Source: Adineta vaga
Lineage: Eukaryota; Animalia; Rotifera
Length of the DNA stretch: 64,000 nt
Assembly (NCBI GenBank): GCA_021613535.1
Contig: CP075496.1
Span: 6,572,001-6,636,000, forward strand
Direction: 5' to 3'
Positions 57,674-64,000 of this stretch are shown here, piece after piece. How positions within the stretch are numbered: position 1 is the stretch's first letter; the number at the start of each line of letters is the position of its first letter. A model generated the notes under the pieces. It was not told the DNA's origin, did no database searches, and was given only the letters and a program-made list of their open reading frames with translations. The position numbers were made by a program, and so were the translations under genes.

Positions 57674-58053
57674 ATGAAAGTAAGGATCTTTAATTTTTCT
57701 CGAAAATAAAAGGATTTTATTTTCTTTTAGTTACGTTGTTTATGTCTCATTTTCTTACTTGTTAACATTACAACAGTAAATATTTATATACATCCGAAAG
57801 CAGATAAATGTAGACGCTTGTATTTCATTTCTAGATATCTGCATATCCTGATAATCAAATCAATTCACTGGAAAATGTCGAAGACAATTTATCCAGATCT
57901 TCGTTATCATCTTTCATGAAACGAGATCGATCGATTGTCAAACGTTCACAACGTAATGCAAATATTCTTTATCGTTATTGTCGTCAAAGTGGTGGACATC
58001 GACAGTTTTGTCTGAAATATGCTATTCAAATGTTATATGCGACTGGACATTGA
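57674..58053 (+). CDS. Small secreted prepropeptide (signal peptide, KR sites, 2-Cys cationic C-terminal peptide)
   Basis: Exons 57674-57679, 57731-57775 and 57835-58053 with clean GT-AG phase-0 introns give MKLRCLCLIFLLVNITTISAYPD...MKRDRSIVKRSQRNANILYRYCRQSGGHRQFCLKYAIQMLYATGH*. AATAAA at about 58108. Confidence 0.8.
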
Positions 58054-58149
58054 TGACAGATTATATTTGAATGTAAAACAATTTTAAATTAATAAGAGAT
58101 TTAATAAAATAAACCTCTTTTTCACATGATTTAGATGATTATTTTATTG

Positions 58150-61140
58150 AAAACAAATTGTGATTATATGTGAGAGAGAAGATTTGAAATCTTTTTTTTG
58201 TCTGATTGCTAGAGTGTATGACAAAAATGTGCTTTGAATATGTTAATTGATTTTTCGATTATTCGTAACCTAAATCTAAAACGGTAATAGGAAGAGGATT
58301 CAGAAGTATTAATTTACTCTAAGTCATGCATACATTGCTATCGAACGACTTTATTGATGATATTCCGGAAGCCACACTTAATATATCTGAAATGATGATT
58401 TTTTATAGTATTCTTATGCTTCACATATTTTCTATCATTCCGAATAAAACATAAAAGTGAAGAGATAGAAACTCCAATGAAAAATTGACAAATATCTTTT
58501 TTCGAAATCTAAGAATTGTTCAACTAATGAGAAATAGAATGTTTGTCTCAAATATGATATCATTGATGATAATGAGAATTTAAAAAAACCTATAAGATAA
58601 ATTAATATTTGGTGCACGTATATTTCATATCAATGGAGAAATATGTAACGATGCGTAATAATACAGAAAAAATATTTTTCTGGCTATTGTGAATAATAAA
58701 TGGCTAGAAGACTTCTCATAGTTGTCAACAATTTTTTTTACTCATGAACCGTAAGAGAAACATCCCACTTCAATAATTCATCCTAATGATAGACATTGAA
58801 CCACTGAACATAGAAAGTCAATGTACAGATGACGATCACTTATATATTGATCATGTCTCATGTTGTCAATATATTTACGTCAGGGGTCATAAATTAGTAT
58901 TAAATAATAGAAATATTCAATACAATTATTCATGAAAAACTTTACATTTGGCATGCTCTTTTATATAAATGATTAATAGAACATCTTCTAGAAATACCTA
59001 CTGAAAATATCGTTTAATTTACTAAATACAGAGTACGTCAAATGATGGCAAAACCTGTATGAGGGTGTGGTAAATGTAGATTATACGAATGAACTTTGTA
59101 TATAAGTCATAAGTTAACATCTCTATGATTCATGCGTATTACAATTTCAGTCTAACTTTGAAAAATTAGATATTAACCTACTTTTAATTTTTATAAAGAG
59201 ATGTTTTTGTATAATGGTTCTCTTCTCAATATATTCTGTTAAAAAATCTCTTCGTAAATTTTGATTTCTACTAAACAGAGTTTGTCTTTTCGTTCATTTC
59301 TTTGGTGCTTCGAGTGCTCTTATGTGATTTGTTCCTCATTAATTAAAAAAGCGATGAACGAACAAATGATGATTGATAGAACTCATTTCTTTCAAACAAA
59401 ATATGTACTTTTAATGAATTAATCGAATATCGCATTAGTGCGACACAACATCATGAACAGTGAATTAGTTTTATTCTTGTTTCTAATCGTGATTATCAAC
59501 CTCCTCATTGGTACATTTTGATTTTATTGAAAACAAAATATAATGAAGTAGCTAGTGTATAATTAACTAATTATTCGTAAAATGAAATTAAGCCTATCTT
59601 TGAAGTCTTTTGTCTAAACGAATTTCTTACATAGGACAGATATATTATCTCAACCGAGAAATAATCATTTCTGAATTTGCTCTGACATAACAGATGTTGA
59701 AGAAACGAACACCATACTGGTAAAAATATCATCTATTAATGAGAGAATTTACTCATGTTCTATAGATCAATAAAATAAAAAAGCAAGCAAAAATTCCAAC
59801 GCTGTCATCATTCATATAAAATAACTGTTTTGTGTCTCATTCTATTGTTTCAAGATAAACATGGTAGAAGTGGCACTTCATTGATCCGTATTTTTTCTAG
59901 AAAAAAATGCAACAAGTGGCTGCTCTCAATATTTCTCGGTGACGACACAATTAGCAGCTTTGAAAAATCAGGTTTTTTTGAAGACAGTATTTTCCAATAT
60001 AAATGCGACAATAAAATAATGATTGAGACAATTTTGCGCACTAGGCCATTTGTTTACATGAAAACAATGAGTTCACATGTCCTCACACAATAATTTTCCT
60101 TGTTGGAATTTATCAAATACTCTCTTCTTTTCGGCTTCGACTGATTATTATTTTGTCCACTTCATATCAACTAACTGATGTGTTGCACCAATCGTCGATA
60201 TTCTTTTCTAGATGTCCTGTTTTGTAATAGACTAATTTTACTTACTCAAACAGACATGTAAAACTATTTCTGATAAATCTAATTCATACATTTCCAATAA
60301 TAGAACTAATTCTCTTAATCGTCTTCTGTATTTCATTGATTCTTCAATTTTATGATTCTATAATTTATTACTTTACAATGAATACAATGAACCGTTTTTC
60401 AATCTTAAGTATAAAATAGTTTTGCAAATAACCCGTAAATTCTTTCACAGTATTTCATATGTACTATTCTATCTTCGATTGAAATGTTCTTTATCTTGAA
60501 TAGCGTTATAACACTTCTTTTTCGCAGAGATGCAGGATCTACCGTTGAAACAAAAACTTGATGTGATTTTAAACTTCGAAATCTTTGATATAAAGAGGTT
60601 CATCTAATTTCTGTTCGATATATTGAAATATACCTAATGAAGATTCTAAAAAGTTAACAAATGTTCTGGTGTCTAGTTTTTCAAAAAAATAACAATACTT
60701 ACATATAATAACATCTAGATGAGTTTTTATCTCTAAACTATTTTAGAGTAAAAGATACTCTGAATATCTTCTTCTCTCAAATAATTGTTCTATATCGTCA
60801 ACTACTTGTACTGATGAAGATAAAGATGATCTTTTGGCACTTTTGTTTCCTTATAAAGATTATTAATAGCATGAGTTAGTTTTGAAAGTTGTTTTGCCAT
60901 GAATATCATATAAGCTTGTACATAATTAGGTGATTTCAGGATTTTTTTATCGAGCTTGATGTTGTACTTACATATTTGACAGTGTATTTGAAATTGATGT
61001 TGTTGATGATATTGAGGCTAATGTAGGTGTATAATTGCAGATAAAATAATGATATTTTCTTGTTGTTTGTCTTCACATTTATAATCATCATTATCACTTG
61101 TTATTGATATAGCTTCTTAAGATAGTTCTTGTCTAAAATT
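58150..61140 (-). pseudogene. Probable decayed coding remnants (one or two genes)
   Basis: Minus-strand stretches with host-like codon usage broken by stops (e.g. DELLKWDVSLTVHE*KKLLTTMRSLL; KWTK**SVEAEKKRVFDKFQQGKLL). Orphan minus-strand polyA contexts at about 58143 and 59522. No family recognised. Confidence 0.35.
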
Positions 61141-62190
61141 ATATATAAATAAATTGTTTTCTGAAATCATTAATTCAAATTTTGCTTCAGATGTTTTATT
61201 CAACAATGTCCTCTTGTTCTATCTTTTTTCTTCTAGAAAACAAAAGAAATATTTGTCTATGATTTAATAAACATCTTTTCATCATTTATCTATCACATAC
61301 GAGTCATCCTAATGCGCATATACATATAAGTAAATTAAAATAAAATGAAAAGAGGTGAAGATAAATGATGCATGTTGTACTCTAGTCATTCAGATAAAAC
61401 AAAAGCGAAAGAAAATCATTGATGTGGATGATCAACCGTTGATCTTCAACTTGAACAAGAATGAACGAAATTAATAGTATAGAAAAGTGAAAAGCAAAAC
61501 GAATGCCGTTTCTCAAAAATAAATAAAACAAATAAAGTGTAAGGTCTTATTCACGAATATAAAGAATAGAGGATCTGTTTAGAAAATTTATTTAAAAGCA
61601 GAGTTTTTTTAAAACAATTCTGTAATACTAGCTAATTTTCAAAATCTTTCTCGTACAGTCGTAAGCGCACGTGAACGGCTTTTACCCCTTCGCTTTCTGT
61701 TCTTTAATAGAACGTTTTACATATCCCTCTTGCTGCGTAAAAGACTCAGTAAGAAATTTTATTGTATGCACGCGAAATTAAAATCGACATATTAGCTGAT
61801 TGGGATTGAATTGAATGGTTATCCTTTACTTTTCTCTAGATCATCATCGTTAATATATCTTTACTAATATTTTCGATCTGCTTCTCTTACTATCTCTCGC
61901 TTATACATATGTAAGAAACAAATAAAAAGATGAACGATAGAGCATAATACAGCGATCTTTTATGATTCAAAGAAACTATCCTGTCGTTCTATTGGATTAT
62001 TGAAAATATATTAACAAACAAAGATTTTAGAGATGATATCTTCGATATTATTCTGTTTTTTTTATAATATAAAAGAAAAACGTACAGTTCGTTTACTAAA
62101 AGTGTTCAAGATAAGATTAGTCACATAGTACAAAAGTAAAACGATATGAATAGTTGAAGAATATTCCGTTTTAATAATACGATAGTTTTA

Positions 62191-62527
62191 TCAGGCCATA
62201 GGTCCATTAAATACATTTCCCATTGTATTTCCGTTAGACCAAGCACCAACTGGTATACCCATATTTTGAGATGGATCTCGAAAATTATCGAATTGATTAG
62301 TACTAGTTTTCGGTGGTGTTGGACCTCCATGTGCAAGAAATTGAAAGTATTTCAAAAAGAAATACGCAACGACTAAACTTATTAGAAGGCTACTAATAGC
62401 ACCAAATCCATTGAGTGTCCTAAAAGAAATGATCAAATATCTTCTTGTATCCAAATAAATTGATCTCTTCAACTTACCAGATGAACCAATAGTTTGCTAA
62501 ACATGCAGAGAAATCAACAGTCGGCAT
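62191..62527 (-). CDS. Small single-pass membrane protein, unknown function
   Basis: Two exons (TG|gtaagt ... ttttag|G) give MPTVDFSACLANYWFIWTLNGFGAISSLLISLVVAYFFLKYFQFLAHGGPTPPK...GPMA*. Confidence 0.7.
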
Positions 62528-62954
62528 TTTTATTCCTTATGAATGAATCTGTTGTTTGTTTGATGAAAAAAACGATGACTGAAATGAAAAACGACAGCTT
62601 TTAAATGGAGTATCTTATGTAAATATTGCATACATGTTTCTTTTTCATCATACGCCTTTTTCTCTTATTTTCAAAAATTTCATCTTCAAAAAGTAAAGAA
62701 AAAAATCACTCATTTTAATTTCGTAATTTTTCTTTTAAAAATAAAGATTTCACTTCATTTTTCCATTAAACAACAAAACAATTTAGAATTACGTAGGACT
62801 GAAAGAAGAAAACAATAAAGTCAATGAAAAGAAAAGAAAAGAAAAGTTTCATCCATTGTAATGCGAAAAGACCAAACGATATATTTTTTCTTCTTAAATA
62901 ACAAAAATCGAAGTCATTGCTCAAATATATTGAACAACAATTCGACTTATTTTA

Positions 62955-64000
62955 ATGATAAAAATCGAAATTCTTTTGTATGTGATAATATATTTCGAAT
63001 ATCCGATTACACATCATTCTATGTAAACAAGTTGACAACAACATACAATCGGATGTGCTTTTGTCAATAGAATATCTCTACATAGATAGATTAACTGATG
63101 TTATACAGCTTCTTTTTGTAGGCGAAAATGATCGTGTAAAAGAAAAGAGACCAATGATGATACATAAGCGAAAGAATGTAGATTGATTTTGAATGTATGA
63201 TTCTTTATTTAATGATCAGTTCAAAACTTGGCCAAGTGATCCTTCAACTTTTCAAAAAGATAACATGTTTTATAGATATCTGTATATTGAATATATTTTT
63301 GTTTTTTTATTGACTATACAAAGTATGTTTTCGTTTATCAATAAAGAAATATTATTTACATATGTTTTTTTTTGTCTAGAGATTGATGGATTTATTTGTC
63401 CTAAAGATGGTCGATGGCCGCATCCAGCTGATTGTGAAAAGTACGCAGTGAATGAAAATAAAGATAATTTTTATTTATTTATTGTTTGTATATAGATTCT
63501 ACACATGTAATTCAGGCATTGGTGTTGAAGCATGGTAATTATCTAGATGGATATCTAATCATTAACTTCCGTATTATTTCTACTTCTCCTGATAGTAAAA
63601 CTTAATTTGAGAAGGTTGAATGATAAATATAAATTTCACTAGTTATTGACGGAAATCAAAACGGAAATAATTTCAAACTTATTTTTTCCGGATATTTTCC
63701 AAAAAGAAAGGAAAAGAACTTTTTCTAGGTGTGGAAATGGTATGACCTATGATATTGATCATGGAAGATGCGATTTATCCAAAAATATCGATTGCAAAAA
63801 TGGAGATCGACCAAATTGGAGTCCACCATCTGAATGTATATTTAAAGAATTTTAAAAAATCAATCAAAAAAAAATCTTTTCTTTTCCCTTTAGTGATAAC
63901 GCAAAGTGTAACTGAACATATGATTGTAAAGACAACAACTCATGTAAGCAACGAAGAAACAAAAATGATTAATCGATTTCAAATAACAATGAAATTAGCT
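62955..64000 (+). CDS. Chitin-binding type-2 (CBM14/peritrophin-A) domain protein, partial
   Basis: Spliced six-Cys domain FICPKDGRWPHPADCEK|FYTCNSGIGVEAW|CGNGMTYDIDHGRCDLSKNIDC. 5' exons uncertain; gene runs off the window. Confidence 0.8.

Noticed and set aside
58876-58900. CAGGGGT resembling a DNA-transposon terminal repeat
   Set aside because: No matching inverted end or transposase found.
60760-61140. In-frame TAA codons at Gln-like positions, suggesting ciliate-code DNA or HGT
   Set aside because: TGA stops and frame ambiguity occur too. C-to-T decay in an AT-rich genome is a simpler explanation.

Overview
AT-rich, gene-dense eukaryotic (animal) genomic DNA with many short (about 50-65 nt) GT-AG introns. 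The style and gene content are most consistent with a bdelloid rotifer such as Adineta or Rotaria; this is inference, not verified. By splicing exons by hand I reconstructed about 22 protein-coding genes. In order they are: a partial F-box/LRR-type gene, a Pro-rich adaptor with a degenerate SH3-like domain, a GPI-type 2-Ig (Dpr/ZIG-8-like) protein, hillarin/KY-like LIM-transglutaminase, Storkhead-box, LIM-RASSF, an effector-type caspase, a nicotinic-type pentameric channel subunit lacking both Cys-loop cysteines, an orphan low-complexity protein, a coiled-coil/2xUBZ autophagy-adaptor-like protein, clathrin light chain, Shark-type tyrosine kinase, a PPP1R3/CBM21 subunit, UQCR10, a CD225 protein, PEX13, MAT2B, AIFM2/FSP1, an SPFH protein with a Cys-rich insert, a MARVEL-like protein, a small secreted prepropeptide missed by the ORF track, a small TM protein and a partial CBM14 protein. 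Best leads: the Cys-less nAChR-like subunit, the novel prepropeptide, operon-like tight tandem gene pairs (possible SL trans-splicing), the FIR/LIR+UBZ adaptor, and decayed minus-strand gene remnants at 58-61 kb. I saw no rRNA, tRNA, CRISPR array or intact transposon. Exon boundaries are manual and may be off by a few bases.
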